A DNA stretch of 64,000 nt from Octopus vulgaris (GCA_951406725.2 OX597819.1:127968001-128032000); one strand, 5' to 3'. Numbered from the stretch's first letter, positions 40,971-55,189 are shown. The notes: generated from the letters alone by a model not told the origin. Translations and numbers: made by a program.

Positions 40971-41143
40971 GTTGGCGATTTTTTTCCTCTGTCTTCCCTT
41001 CTCTGGATTTTTCCTTCTATGTTTCCGATAAAGAGCTCCGCTCGAACGTTAAACCCATCCTTCTTTCTTGAGCGTCCAATAATACTATATTTGTTCCACG
41101 TCCTCGCGTTGTTGTGTTTTTTTGTGCTATCTTGTTTGGATTA

Positions 41144-41148
<5 letters not shown>
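40968..41148 (+). mobile_element. Short hammerhead-bearing element, family H1, between two (TA)n tracts
   Basis: GTTT-CCGATAA-A-GAGC-TCC-GCTC-GAAC-GTT-AAAC (degenerate core, 41021-41054). Confidence 0.72.
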
Positions 41149-41188
<40 letters not shown>

Positions 41189-41190
<2 letters not shown>

Positions 41191-41665
41191 GGTGAATAAA
41201 CTGTAGTCTAAATTGCGCAAGAATGAAAATGACCCTGACATCTCATTTTAACAGATATACTTATCAAAATTGCATGAAAATACCTTGAAATACCAAAGAG
41301 TAAATTTATTCAATAAAATTGCTCCTGGCTTCAACCATAGCCTCCAGACGACTTCGGAATCTCATGCAGCTCTTCTGGACGGTCTCCTTGTTTGAATGCT
41401 GCCATAATCCTTGCCAATTCGTCAACTACACCTCACACATAATAATCGAGGGGGCTGCATTCTGGGGGGATAGGTGGCCAGATGTTAGGGGTGATGTAGT
41501 CTCAGAAATTGTTCGATAGCCATGACTGGCTTCTCCTGCTTGTATGACATGGTGCAGAGTCTTGTTGCCAGACTTAAGAGTCTTCCAGCAACCACCCTCT
41601 TCACCCATGTCAACACTTCCACCTGCAGGCACTTGATGTAGGCCTCCGGGTTGAGTCCGGGTTGT
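41189..41665 (-). pseudogene. Tc1/mariner (DD37D/maT-like) transposase relic with 3' terminus at TA
   Basis: AYIKCLQVEVLTWVKRVVAGR..WQQDSAPCHTSRRSQSWLSNNF*DYITPNIWPP..ECSPLDYYV*GVV. Confidence 0.8.
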
Positions 41666-41692
41666 TTGTGTGTGAGTATGCTCATGTATATA

Positions 41693-41860
41693 TATTTCTT
41701 TACTACCCACAAGGGGCTAAACACAGAGGGGACAAAAAAAGGACAGACAAACGGATCAAGTCGATTACATCGACCCCAGTGCGTAACTGGTACTTAATTT
41801 ATCGACCCCGAAAGGATGCAAGGCAAAGTCGACCTCGGCGGAATTTGAACCCAGAACGTA
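41693..41860 (-). mobile_element. SINE family A, 5'-truncated
   Basis: Central domain and tail present. Confidence 0.88.
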
Positions 41861-41864
41861 TTGT

Positions 41865-42110
41865 TGTTATGAGATGAGAGTGCGATTTTTATTTTGGGCG
41901 GATGGCACGGGGCCCAAGCCTTGGATGTACCTTAAAGGTGATGCCAACATCATTTGGGCAATGCTGATGGACGACGACGTTGGAGAGAATAAAGTTTTAG
42001 CTTTTCTAGTCGACCCCAATAGTCGAGGCCTGTCATGCCATCTATCTTTCTTATGATTGCCCTTTGAGGTGCTTCAACTTTTATGATACTTTGTATTGTG
42101 TTTGCTTCCC
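41865..42110 (-). pseudogene. CR1-group LINE ORF2 C-terminal fragment
   Basis: Translation IQSIIKVEAPQRAIIRKIDGMTGLDYWGRLEKLKLYSLQRRR. Confidence 0.75.
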
Positions 42111-42274
42111 TCCTCTTCTTCGATTTTCTGGTTTCTTCCCAGCTGAAACCAAGAATACTTCGAAGGCAGCGTTGGTGGTACCTTTCAAGAGGTTCATGTT
42201 TCTTTTAGACATAGTTGAGGTCTCGATGTGTATATACATGTACATATATTTACATATAGTTTTTCACACACACA

Positions 42275-42326
<52 letters not shown>

Positions 42327-42531
42327 TATATATATGTATATATACATATTTGTATGTATGTGTATATATACATATATACACGTAAGTATTTATACTTAGA
42401 TATTTATATGTATGCATATATATATATATTATATATATATATATATATGTGTGTGTGTATGTATATATATATATATTCTGTGTGTGTATATATATATATG
42501 TTTATATACATACGTATATATATACATATAT

Positions 42532-42611
<80 letters not shown>

Positions 42612-43479
42612 TGTGTGTCATACGTGTGTGTGTGTGTGTACATCATACGTGTAGCGCAGCTTAAGCCATATCAAAGAACAAAATAACGTCAACATAACAT
42701 TTTGGTGAATTCTATTTAACAAAACGAATAATCTCCTTTCTCGATTGTTAAGAACACAGTCTTCAATTTATTTCTGTGATTTTGATAAAGTGTTTTATTA
42801 TTTATCTCTTTATTCTAAGCTGCAACATCTCTTAATTCATTTCTTTACATTAAGCGTGTATTTGTAAACTGTATTAGGTTTTCACCTTCTAATCTTTCGG
42901 CAAACAGTTGTCCAAACGCTCTTCGTAAGCAAAAATTATCCTAAATAACGCTTTTAGAAGAAATAAAATCTTTTACAAAGACACTAAAGAACATCATTAC
43001 TCGTTACAGTCCAACTAACATTTTGAAGATCATGGGCACAGAAACAGCACCGTAGACTCTTGGAAAGAGAAATCCAACCATCCACTAAGACTTTTATGTT
43101 TTGATTGTTTTGTTAGAAATTCTAGTGTCTCTGAGCAAGTGTCTTTTCCTTTAAAACTTTTCCCTTAAAAGAGCAAAACTTTTCCCTTAAAACAAATTCA
43201 GCCGTCTTAGAAAAGGGACGCGTTTGATACTATGAGTCTGGCTTTTCTCTACATAGGAAACTCGCAAGATGATCACAGCTGGACTGCTTTTGATCTTATG
43301 TCCGCAAGATCAGTTTAATAAAATCAACCACGAACTATATCATAATACAAAATATTTAGGAATGTTGATCAAATATATGTGCAGCGTACGATGTTATCTG
43401 TAGAAATGCTGTAAACTGAATTGGCGGGTAGGATCTTTTGAAAAGTTATTCATGATTGATCTGCCATCAGTTTTGCTAA

Positions 43480-43630
43480 CGTTCATTCCGCTGTCGACCA
43501 ACTGGTCTATCTTCTTGCTAAATCAATATGTGACCGAATATTCCACACAAACATATACTCTTAACGTAGTACTCAGAAAGAGTTTGACAAAATATGCGAC
43601 AAGGCTGAACGTTTGCATTGCTGGTACAGC
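43480..43630 (-). mobile_element. SINE family D, old diverged
   Basis: ttaacgtagtactcag..gacaaggctg..ggtacag aligns to 63115-63190. Confidence 0.55.
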
Positions 43631-44169
43631 CATCCGATTGGTTTCCACACATTTTTCTGTTCCCCTCATTTTACTTTCAAGACTTTGATCGGCTCAACGT
43701 TATGGTAAAAGACACTTGCACAAAGACACTCGGTCATGACGGCACCTAATTGGGAGGGCTTTAAAAAGTTACTACTGACATTCTTGGTAAGGGAACAGAA
43801 GATCCGACTGCGACTTGGAAGGATGTGATAACCAACTTGTACCTCATGCATTAAATAAAAATATGCTTTACATCTCTAGTATTTTATCAAACGTCATAAT
43901 ACTGCGAGAATGTTTGTCGGGTTCAGATGATGAATGACTTCGTCCCAGCTGTCTTATGGTAGATGGGATGTTCTTTGTTTGTACAACTGCAGTGCAGATG
44001 CATGTAAACTGACTTTTTAAATATCTCTTGGTTTTGCTTCTGACAGGGTTGGGAAATAGATTATGAGTCACCGTCTTGAATGTGTCCGAGAGGGGAAAAA
44101 CTAGTAAAATAACATCAGTTTTATTAGGAAACAGGCAGTATATTGAGATGCAGGATATTTAGTTGATTT

Positions 44170-44390
44170 AAGGTGGTGAGCTAGCGGAATCATTAGCACA
44201 CTACGCGAAATGTTCAGCAGCATTTCGACCGTCTTTACGTTCTTTGTAGAATTTCCGCCAAGGTCGACTTTGTCTTTCATCCTCTTGGGGTGGATGAAAT
44301 AAGTGCCAGTTGAACACGGGGATCAATGTGATCGACATACACACTTCCTCGAAATTGCTGGTCTTGTGCCAAAATTTGAAACCGATATTT
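44170..44390 (+). mobile_element. Older SINE-A-related copy
   Basis: ggtggtgagctagcggaatcattagcac..ttccgccaaggtcgactttgtctttcatcctc. The 3' end gctggtcttgtgccaaaatttgaaac differs from young A copies; similar old copies at ~53925-54135 and ~62295-62555. Confidence 0.7.
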
Positions 44391-44675
44391 GGTGAATTAT
44401 ATTTTTTATTGATAATTGGTCAACTTTATGAGCAAAGAGAATGCTGTGGCGGGGTAAGTTTTGGGATTATATGTGAGAGAAATGCCAAAATGTTAAAGAA
44501 CCTATATGACGTTGGTAACATGGTAACATGGTCAAACAGAGATTGCAGGAAAAGCTAAACATGCCACCTGACACCATTGCTGTTTTTAGCGGAATCCCCA
44601 CTGCCGTGAGCATTTTGGTCGAGTTCTTCAGACAGCGGACAACACTCAATTCTGAAGCATCATTTCCTACTATAA

Positions 44676-45317
<642 letters not shown>

Positions 45318-45384
45318 ATTGCTCTACCTCTGAGTATTTGAGTACTCTTTTTTCCACTTTGTTTCACATGTATGTGCTTACTCC

Positions 45385-45450
<66 letters not shown>

Positions 45451-45453
<3 letters not shown>

Positions 45454-45613
45454 CCTCTGTCTTCCCATTCCTTTTCCTATGTTTCTGACGAAGAGCTCCG
45501 CTCGAAACGTAAAATCACTCCTTCTTCCCTTCCTTCCTCAGCGTCCAATAATACTTTATTTGTTCCACGTCCTCGCGTTGTTGTGTTTTCTCTTTGTGTT
45601 TTCATGTTTGGAT

Positions 45614-45618
<5 letters not shown>
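45451..45618 (+). mobile_element. Short hammerhead-bearing element, family H1, best-preserved core, between two (TA)n tracts
   Basis: GTTT-CTGACGA-A-GAGC-TCC-GCTC-GAAAC-GTA-AAAT at 45481-45515. Confidence 0.8.
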
Positions 45619-45664
<46 letters not shown>

Positions 45665-45718
45665 TCACACACACACACACACACACACATACATACACAC
45701 ATATATATACATACATAT

Positions 45719-45809
<91 letters not shown>

Positions 45810-46232
45810 TATGTATACGTCCACCATCTTTCGTTATTCGTCTTCACTTTCTCTTTTACTCACGTTCTGCTTCCTCTTCTTCTCCTTCACTATGTCTTCA
45901 GAATTTTCTTCCACTTATCTCACCTATCGCTCCCTCTCACCTGTTTTTCTTTGATTTTTCTTTTACTTCTTTTACTTTGGTATTCAAAATCAATAAGCTC
46001 ATTGCACCACCCATCCACATACACACTCACACACACACACACTCACACACACTCACACATACACATACGCGCACGCACACGTGTTTGTGTAAGAAAGGAT
46101 GTCTGTATGATTCTGTGAGTGTGGTTGCATATATGTGTGCGAGTATATGTGTGTATTGGTATGTGTATGTGTGTGTATATATATATATATATATACACAT
46201 TCATATATATATATATATACATACAAATATAT

Positions 46233-46285
<53 letters not shown>

Positions 46286-46944
46286 TACATATATATATTT
46301 ACAATATGCATATATATTTATATGTATATATACATGCATACATACATACATTCACATATATATGTGTGTGTGTGTGTTTGTATGTGTGTGTATCAACATT
46401 TTTATACTTCCAAAATTCTCTAACGGCGCAACAACTCCTCACCCTTCCCGAAGTGTGTGCAAAAAAAAAAATGAAAACTGAAACAAAAAAAAAGTTGAAA
46501 AACAAGTTGAAAAAAGTGCACAAATTGTTTGCCTGGATCGTTGTGAAAGTCGATAATGCATGACCGAAGTATACTGCGGTTGTTATGTTCCAAGAAAAAA
46601 TAAAAATGAAAAAAAAAAACATAAACCTAGACGCACTACCGCGATTTTTGTTTTATTTTATGTAACTTTTTTTTTTACTAAAAACACAAAGCAAGTAAGA
46701 CCCTTTTTTACCTCCATTTATTGTGTACGTATGTGTGTGTGTGTTATTTTGATTTTTGTTCTAGTTTTGTTGGGTAGTTTTGTAGCTGTTCTTTCTGGTT
46801 TTTTTCTCTACCCATTGTACTCTCTGCTGATGAGGTAGAGTTGGGTAGGAGCGTAGGGAGACTTCAAGATTAATGACTGCTGAAGTAAACTCGTTAAGTC
46901 TCGCTTTAAAGGTTCTTAACATCCGCCACCACCAAACACTTGCA

Positions 46945-47261
46945 TTTCTCTCTCTCTCTCTCACTCACTTTCTCTCTCACTCACTCTCTTTCTCTCTCTC
47001 ACACACACATTCTCTCTCACTCTCCTCTCTCTCTCACTCTCTTTCTCTCTCACTCTCTTTCTCACTCACTCTCTTTTTCTCTCTCTCACTCCCTTTCTAC
47101 CTCTCACTCTCTTTCTCTCTCTCACACACACACATTCTCTCTCACTCTCCACTCTCTCTCACGCTCGCTCTCTTTCTCTCTCTCACTCCCTTTCTACTTC
47201 TTACTCTCTCTCTTACTCTCTCACACACACATTCTCCTTAACTCTCCTCTCTCTTTCTCAT

Positions 47262-47298
<37 letters not shown>

Positions 47299-47400
47299 CG
47301 CCAATCTTTTTCCTTTCTCTCTTTTCCCCTGATCTCACTCTCTCCTCATTCATTCTCTATTTCATCGTTTCTTTCTCTCTCCGTGTTTTCACACCTCTCA
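46945..47400. repeat. Degenerate (CT)n/(CTCA)n polypyrimidine tract with internal duplication
   Basis: ctcactctctttctctctctcacacacacattctctctcactctcc occurs twice (~46980 and ~47103). Confidence 0.85.
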
Positions 47401-48071
47401 TTCACTGACATATATTCGTAAACACTTTCATACACGCTTACAGACACACCTACAACACACACACACACACACATGCACAGACTAACAATCCTACACACAC
47501 TTCGTCCACTGTTTTTTTTTTTAATCCAACCTAAATTCTTTTTGTACTTGGTTATCCAACATTATTATTTTTTTCTTAATATTCTCTAATATTTCAAATA
47601 TTCCTAATATTTCGAAGATTTAGAAAGAGAGGAGAGACACCAGAAAGACTGAGAGAGAGGGTGGAGAGAGGCAGGATGACGGAGAGAGGCAGGTTGAGGG
47701 AGAGACGTAGGAAGAGGGAGAGGGACAGCGATAAAGAGTGACAATGAGGGAGAGACAGCATGAGAGAGAGAGTGAGAAAGAGAAAGATAGGAAAAGTAAC
47801 AAAGAGAAACAATAACATAATAAAACGATAAATTTTATAAATAAACGCATAAAAGGGTTCAGTGACTATGCGGAATAAAAACAAAAAGTAAAACGCTTAA
47901 AAAAGAAAAAAACATGAGGGACCGACTGAAATAAAATCAGAATATAAAAATAAGAGCAGGGTCCTTTGAAATGTATGCCAAACAAGTAAGAATCTTTTCA
48001 TGTTACTTTAGCTGCTTCTCCTAAATACGGGATGGAAGAGAGAGAGAGATTCGGAAAGAGCATAAATCAAA

Positions 48072-48079
48072 CTATTATT

Positions 48080-48126
<47 letters not shown>

Positions 48127-48148
48127 CATCATCATCATCATCATCATC

Positions 48149-48195
<47 letters not shown>

Positions 48196-48220
48196 CATCA
48201 TCATCATCATCATCATCATT

Positions 48221-48258
<38 letters not shown>

Positions 48259-48285
48259 CATTATTCATCATCCTCATCATCATCA

Positions 48286-48329
<44 letters not shown>

Positions 48330-48399
48330 GTTGTTGTTGTTATTATCATTATTATTATTGTTGTTGTTGTTGTTGTTATTATTGTTATTGTTGTTGTTG

Positions 48400-48454
<55 letters not shown>

Positions 48455-48460
48455 TATTAC
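48072..48460. repeat. Compound (ATT)n/(ATC)n/(GTT)n trinucleotide repeat
   Basis: Direct observation. Confidence 0.95.
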
Positions 48461-49464
48461 TGGAAAAGCACGCTCGATATCAGCTCTTGTGTTGTTTTTT
48501 TTCTTTTTGTCAGTTGTACAAGAGGCACTAACCCGCTTCCGTTTGGTGAGTTTTTTTCCCCCTTTTTTGCGTCATTCCTCCACGCGGTGTATTCGTCTGT
48601 TTTAAGTTTTGTATTTGCTCAATTTATAATTTCCTTTTTGAAAAAAAAAAAGAGGGTTCTCGTGAAGGAATAATAATGTTACCGAAGAGAAAAATATATT
48701 CAAAAAGAAAAGGGAGTGAGAGAGAGCATTAGAAACAAAGCGGCAAAAAGGTGGAGACATAAATTGGACCAGCATTTCCTTTGGTAGTAACATCAGTGCT
48801 GCAGTCTTTGTAATGAGAGTCAGCGCTCTTGCTGAAATCTGCTGTAGTCTGCTACGAAAACGTAGAGGAACATTCATTGAAAAATTAACCAGTCGAAGAT
48901 AAGATCACCTCCAGCATCATCAATATCGACTATGATAGCACCAAAATAAATAAGTAAATAAAATAAAGACAGAAAAAGGAAGTGCCGTTTGCTTCAGTTA
49001 CCAGTTACAACCAAGTCAGCCCTTAAAAGGGAGACATTCATGCATAGAAATCTTGAATGGTGGAACTGCTATCCGAAGTCGTAAAACGAAGCAAAAAGGA
49101 TGACTATCAAATCCGACTGTCTTTTGTTTTTTAAAAGCAAGTGGCCACTCGCTTTTAGTACGCTTATATACGCGTAACTTTGAATGTATGTAGTCATGTA
49201 TGTGGACTTCATATTTCGGTTATGTCATCGGATCGGTGAAGGATTTAATTAGTGAGTGTTGATTATTCAAACGTTTGTAATGAAGTACTTGAAATACCAA
49301 CAATCCATTCTGTGTTTGTTCTTGTGTGTGTGGTGGTGTGTGAGTGATATCTGGGAATAGAAATATTTGCACACATCCAAAAACTGCAACATTAACTATC
49401 AATATTAGTGTAGGTTACAGGGATCGTATGAATGCAGAAACACAGATACAAGCACCATACATGC

Positions 49465-49834
49465 GGAGGCGCAATGGCCTAATGATTAGGGCAGCGGACT
49501 CGCGGTCGGAGGATCGCGGTTTCGATTCCCAGACCGGGCGTTGTGAGTGTTTATTGAGCGAAAACACCTAAGGCTCCACGAGGCTCCGGCAGGGGATGGT
49601 AGCGACCCCCGTTGTACTCTTTCGCTCCAACTTTCTCTCACTCTTTCTTCCTGTTTCTTGGTCCCCGACTTCCTACGCAACTGCTGAGCCTGGATGCGCA
49701 TTCATCCATCCGTCGATGCTCTCGGTGTCGGGGGTTGACCTACTTTCTCTTCTGCGGGTCTTACGAATAGCAAAGGACCACGTTTCGGACTTCTCCCACT
49801 ACATCTGGGACGAAGACCGCTACGCTCAACAGCA
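49465..49834 (+). mobile_element. SINE family C (tRNA-Arg-like head), full length, (CAA)-like tail
   Basis: GGAGGCGCAATGGCCTAATGATTAGGGCAGCGGACTCGCGGTCGGAGGATCGCGGTTTCGATTCCC has A and B boxes and TCG at the anticodon position. Imperfect TSD accataca(t/c)gc at 49454-49464 and 49835-49845. Confidence 0.85.
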
Positions 49835-50029
49835 ACCATACACGCTCAGTAGACGGAATGAATTCCCAGCATCCCTTTAACTACAGCCGATTATCACAGG
49901 GATATATGCCTAAAGATACAATAAGACTAAAACCAAATAGAGCAAACTATCACACATACATACAACTTGAAATATACATATACATATTCTCACACATACA
50001 CGCACATAGCTATACTCATGTGCATATAT

Positions 50030-50372
50030 TCTTTTATTCTTGACTTGTTTCAGTCATTTGAAGCACAAATCAACTCCACGAATTATTCTTTGTAAGCCTA
50101 GTACTTATTCTGTCGTCACTTTTGCCGAACCGCTAAGTTATGGCAGTGTAAACACAGTATTGGTTGTCAAAAGATGGAGAGGGGGAGAAACACAGAGGCA
50201 CACACACAAATACACACACACACACATAAACACACGCACACACACACACACACGTGCGTGCGCACACACACACACGCGCGTGCGCACACACACACATATA
50301 TATATATACGACGAGCTTCTTTCAGTTTCCGTCTACCAAATTCACTCACAAGTCTTTGGTCGACCCGAGGTG
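50030..50372 (-). mobile_element. SINE family B, 5'-truncated and diverged
   Basis: acttgtttcagtcatttga..gccgaaccgctaagtta..cttctttcagtttccgtctaccaaa. Confidence 0.8.
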
Positions 50373-50388
50373 CTAAGCAGAGGGATAA

Positions 50389-50440
<52 letters not shown>

Positions 50441-50447
50441 TACATAC

Positions 50448-50505
<58 letters not shown>

Positions 50506-50686
50506 TAAGAGTAAACAATTGATATTGATTTGTTGTCCTCTTTAACAATTATATATTCGCTATATCGGAAATGGTTTCATAACTCCCGTCTCGGCTATGA
50601 CCTTGGAGCCATGGAAATCCGTTACAGCACTTACCCAGCGTACCTAGTCGTTTAGATAACCTGTGAAATAAACCCCATATTTTGTT

Positions 50687-50748
<62 letters not shown>

Positions 50749-50811
50749 TATATGTAACTCCCAATAAATTACCTTGAGTGCGTTTCTTTCGTTTGTCCAC
50801 TCATTCGTGTA

Positions 50812-50839
<28 letters not shown>

Positions 50840-50850
<11 letters not shown>

Positions 50851-51097
50851 TAGAGGGAAACCACTATGTGGACACCCTTATGCTAGAAATAGATCCGCTA
50901 TGGTCTTACCACTAAGAAATGTTCTCAACAAAAATTTAGCAAATCAACCAAAACGTCTTTTTCTTTTGTCTTGCTCGATTACGTTTTGGTTGTTTTGCTA
51001 AATTTTTGTTGAGAACATTTCTTAGTGGTAAGACCATAGCGGATCTATTTCTAGCATAAGGGTGTCCACATAGTGGTTTCCCTCTAATATGTATATA
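50840..51097. repeat. Near-perfect inverted repeat (117-bp arms, 24-nt spacer) in a (TA)n-flanked element extending to ~51200
   Basis: 50840-50956 versus 50981-51097, one mismatch seen. Confidence 0.92.
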
Positions 51098-51196
51098 ATA
51101 CAATCTTAATGAACCTTCCGTTTTTTTATATGCTAGACCACTGGTGTGAAATCGATGTTAATTAAATTAATATCTAATTTCTCCCCTTCATTTTAA

Positions 51197-51246
<50 letters not shown>

Positions 51247-51248
<2 letters not shown>

Positions 51249-51471
51249 AGTGGATGCAGATGTCTTTAAAATAAAAGTGGATCTCTTCCTCTCAGGTGTC
51301 CCAGATAATGAACCAACTTCATGGCAGGAGGTGCAGATGAGGGCAGCTGCATCGAACTCTCTCATGCACCAAATGTCAATTGCTAAAAAGCATTCGTGAA
51401 GTAAAATTATGTAGCAACACCAAATGGCGGTGCCCCAGCATGGCCACAGCTCGTGAGCTGAAACTAGATAA

Positions 51472-51475
<4 letters not shown>
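51247..51475 (+). mobile_element. CR1-group LINE 3' end (5'-truncated) inserted in (TA)n
   Basis: GVDADVFKIKVDLFLSGVPDNEPT..RAAASNSLMHQ..* (stop 51397-51399), then tail GGCGGTGCCCCAGCATGGCCACAGCTCGTGAGCTGAAAC. Confidence 0.8.
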
Positions 51476-51531
<56 letters not shown>

Positions 51532-51793
51532 AATTATTAGGGAATAAATCCAAACTTACAGGGAAAAATCAAATTTAGGATTGAATCCAATTTTATAGTA
51601 AAATATTATATAATATTAAATTAGAGATTAAATTAGAGATTGGACAGCCATGAAACGATCGTAGTGTTATACTAATTATCTTTTTTTAATAATTTTGATA
51701 TATATTTAAAATAATATAAATTAATTAATCTTATGTATTGGCTTAAGTTTTTCATTGTATGATTTGCCTAATAGTGGTTTTATCTCTAATTTA

Positions 51794-51904
<111 letters not shown>

Positions 51905-52059
51905 AAAGAGAAAGAGTGACAGAGAGAGAAATACACTAACAATAAAGTATGCTATATCTTCAGTTCATATGCCTGCCAAAGAGTTGCAATATAACAGTGT
52001 AACACAGAAGAATCACCAATAAGAAAAAATAAATCTCTTCAAAATCAAAAGTCATTAAT

Positions 52060-52990
52060 GAGGTCACAGGAATATTGTCATGAAAAGTTTCTCGATTAGC
52101 ATAAGGTGAGTGTGTTTTTAGGCTTTGATAATGTAACTGGGACCAATTTCCAAATTCCACGCACATACACACAACTATGCTTATTGTAGAATATAGAATA
52201 TAAACTGCGTTGTATATTTTCATCACTTATAGAAATTGAGACCGTCTCCTCGTTTGTTAGTGTGTTAACTGTAGGTATGTAGATGACATCAATATTCTAG
52301 TTAGGACAAACTCTAGTAACTGTAATGTAAAAACCGGAAGGAGCATATGGGGAACATTCAACACGTAGCTAACTCCATCCACCCAAAATATCAAGGTAAC
52401 TATAGATTACCCCACTAGGCACCCTAACAATAGACTCCCTGTCTTTGATACTGAACTCAGCTTTGTTACACAACATGAAAATCAACATACTGACAGCAGA
52501 CTTAGTTAGGACGATGAACAACATGTCCCCTACTATGCAAACCCTATGGAACAAAAACAAAAACATGTGCTGAACTTCATGCACCGTATGCAGTTCTCTT
52601 GATATGATCAGAAAGATAGGGTTCGAGTATACAGGGGAGGTAGAAAGAAGTTAGATAGCATTATATGTAATGAAACCAGAGGTACCTACCCCAGATATAA
52701 AAGTAAAAACTGGAATAGGATACAAAGATGTTATCCTAAAAGTGAACTTAAACATCGACTCCAGAACGAATCGATCCTGTGACTTGCCCCGTCACTTCTT
52801 CTACTAAGCTACATCATTAAAAAAGGTTACCTAAGCAATAAGTGAGACAGAAAAGAAATATATTTATAAATACAGAACGAAGGTTACTATGGACGATAAT
52901 CCCATTGTGAGCATTACGCATGACCATTAAAGCATTAAAATATCTACAGAGAGTTCGATACCAACATGGATGATTGAAGCTGTTGCAAGC
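52060..52990 (+). pseudogene. Possible highly decayed Penelope-like RT fragment
   Basis: RYVDDINILV at ~52273-52302, later FEYTGEVE and IIPL*ALRM echo PLE RT motifs; no open frame. Confidence 0.35.
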
Positions 52991-53047
52991 ACAAAGAGAA
53001 ATAGAAGACAAATATTCCTCTCACCACACCTTGCCTTCTCATAAAGT

Positions 53048-53363
53048 GATCACGTGATCACGTGACCGACCAGGCTGTCAGATGTTACTACACATCGCTG
53101 GTCACAATGCGCTTCGCATTGTTTTTAGACTTCAAATGACACCACCCCGCTGGCTAAGCAAGCAGGCCAACAGAAGAAAGAGTGAGAGAAAGTTGCGGCG
53201 AAAGAGTACAGCTGGGATCACCACCACCCTCTGCCGGAGCGGAGCCTCGTGGAGCTTTAGGTGTTTTCGCTTAATAAACACTCACAACGCCCGGTCTGGG
53301 AATCGAAACTCCGATCCCACGACCGCGAGTCCGCTGCCCTAACCACTGGGCCATTGTGCCTCC
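53048..53363 (-). mobile_element. SINE family C, full length, alternative 3' body with CACGTGAT-repeat tail
   Basis: Same head and central domain as 49465. Imperfect TSD ttc(t/c)cataaagt at 53036-53047 and 53364-53375. Confidence 0.85.
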
Positions 53364-54304
53364 TTCCCATAAAGTAGAATCGTTTATCGTGGTTGATATA
53401 CTGCTGCATAAACTGTCCTAAACAAAGACGTAGAAACAGTCTATATTCCTTTATTCACAAGTCGGCTCAATCCTGGTTAATCTGCGGCTCCAACAAAAGC
53501 AGGGGAACACAGACAGTTATATCGACACCGGTACTTATTTTATCGACAATGTGAGAGCAAAATCTAAAGAAAGACCTAAGCGGAATTCGAACTCAGACCG
53601 CACGTATTTTCTTCCAATCCATCCCCCCTGCTTGTGTTTTACTTATCTTAGGTATTTACTTTTGTGAACCAGGAATTGATTATTTCAATTTCCCTGCATG
53701 AGCACATTCAGCGGACAATTTACCTCCCTAAACAGATTATGATAGACTTTAAAACAAACATAAAAGCTGATATCTTTGATTCATTTCATTTGAATAGACT
53801 CTTTGTGATTTGAACTAATATACGTGTAGTACATAATATTCTCGTGTGACTTTCCTGCTCACAATGTTCATTTTGAGATAAAAGAAAAACTGACCATGTA
53901 TATTATTACTTCTTATCGGAGGGTAATAGTGTAGCAGAATGACTAGAGTCTCAGACGAAATGCCTTGCGGTATTTTTCTTGGCTCTTTATGTTCTAAGTT
54001 AAAATCCTCCCAAATTCAATTATTTCCTTTCATCCAGAGTTGATAAAATAAAATACGTGTCAAGCACTGTAATACATTTAATCAACTAGTTCCTTACCCC
54101 TAAACTGGTTGGCCTTGTTCCTAAATAAGAAACAATTGTTACTTCTCATCGAGGAGGTGGTTTGAATAAGAGATCGTTTGATTTTTATATTTTAATTTGC
54201 AGCGATAATACTGTAACGAACTTGTTAACAGAGGAACATAGGCAGACGAAGTTAGGAATCCAAGCTCCATCGAATGTTACAATTTAGCTATATTGTAAAT
54301 GGGG

Positions 54305-54596
54305 AGGCGGCGTGCTGGCAGAAACGTTAGCACGCCGGGCGAAATGCTTACCGGTATTTCGTCTGCCGTTACGTTCTGAGTTCAAATTACGCCGAGGTCG
54401 ACTTTGCATTTCATCCTTTCGGGGTCGATTAATTAAGTACCAGTTACGCACTGGGGTCGATATAATCGACTTAATCCGTTTGTCTGTCCTCTCTGTGTTT
54501 AGCCCCTTGTGGGTAGTAAAGAAATAGGTATTTCGTCTGTCGTTACGTTCTGAGTTCAAATTGCGCCGAGGTCGACTTGTGGGTAGTAAAGAAATA
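54305..54596 (+). mobile_element. SINE family A with partial tandem second unit, 13-bp TSD
   Basis: TSD tatattgtaaatg at 54289-54301 and 54597-54609. Confidence 0.9.
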
Positions 54597-55189
54597 TATA
54601 TTGTAAATGTAAATGGGGTGATTAAGAGAGTATATGAAAGGTATATTCGTGTTGCTTATGAATAGAACAACGTTAAAAATGTATTTATAGGTAGAAGCGG
54701 AGATATGAATGAAGCCTATTATATTAACTATGGCAAAAATTCAAGCCTGGGGTACTTCAAAAGTTCACCCTTCTTTTGATATATCTATAACCAAAGACAT
54801 TCAAAATCGAAGTCTACATCATTTAATGCATTTTTTTTCTTTCAATGAGTTGTTTGAAAGAGATTCGGTTGCTAACTCAATTAGGTGGGACGACAATGTA
54901 CAAACGCTACACCCATAAAACGCTTCTATACACTTATTAGACAATGTGGATTTAAATGCAAAAATTAATTCTTACAAAAGACAAAGCCACCAACGTAGAA
55001 TTGCAGATTGGAATGGTTAATTAAAGTTCAGAATACACGCTTTACGTATCGAAGCAATTAAAAGAACCCAGTTGACAATAGATGATACTTCAAGAAAAAC
55101 TAAATAAAGTCAATCCTGTGTGCAAGGCAAGTATATAAACGGTAAAGAAACACGACTCGACTCACTATACTCGAATTATTTACTCTTTC

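Noticed and set aside
44575-44640. Minus-strand gctgt-CTGAAGA..acagc hammerhead-like motif
   Set aside because: No GAAA core on the 3' side.
49465-49540. Functional tRNA-Arg gene
   Set aside because: Acceptor and T stems are imperfect and the sequence runs into a SINE body with a TSD; it is a SINE head.
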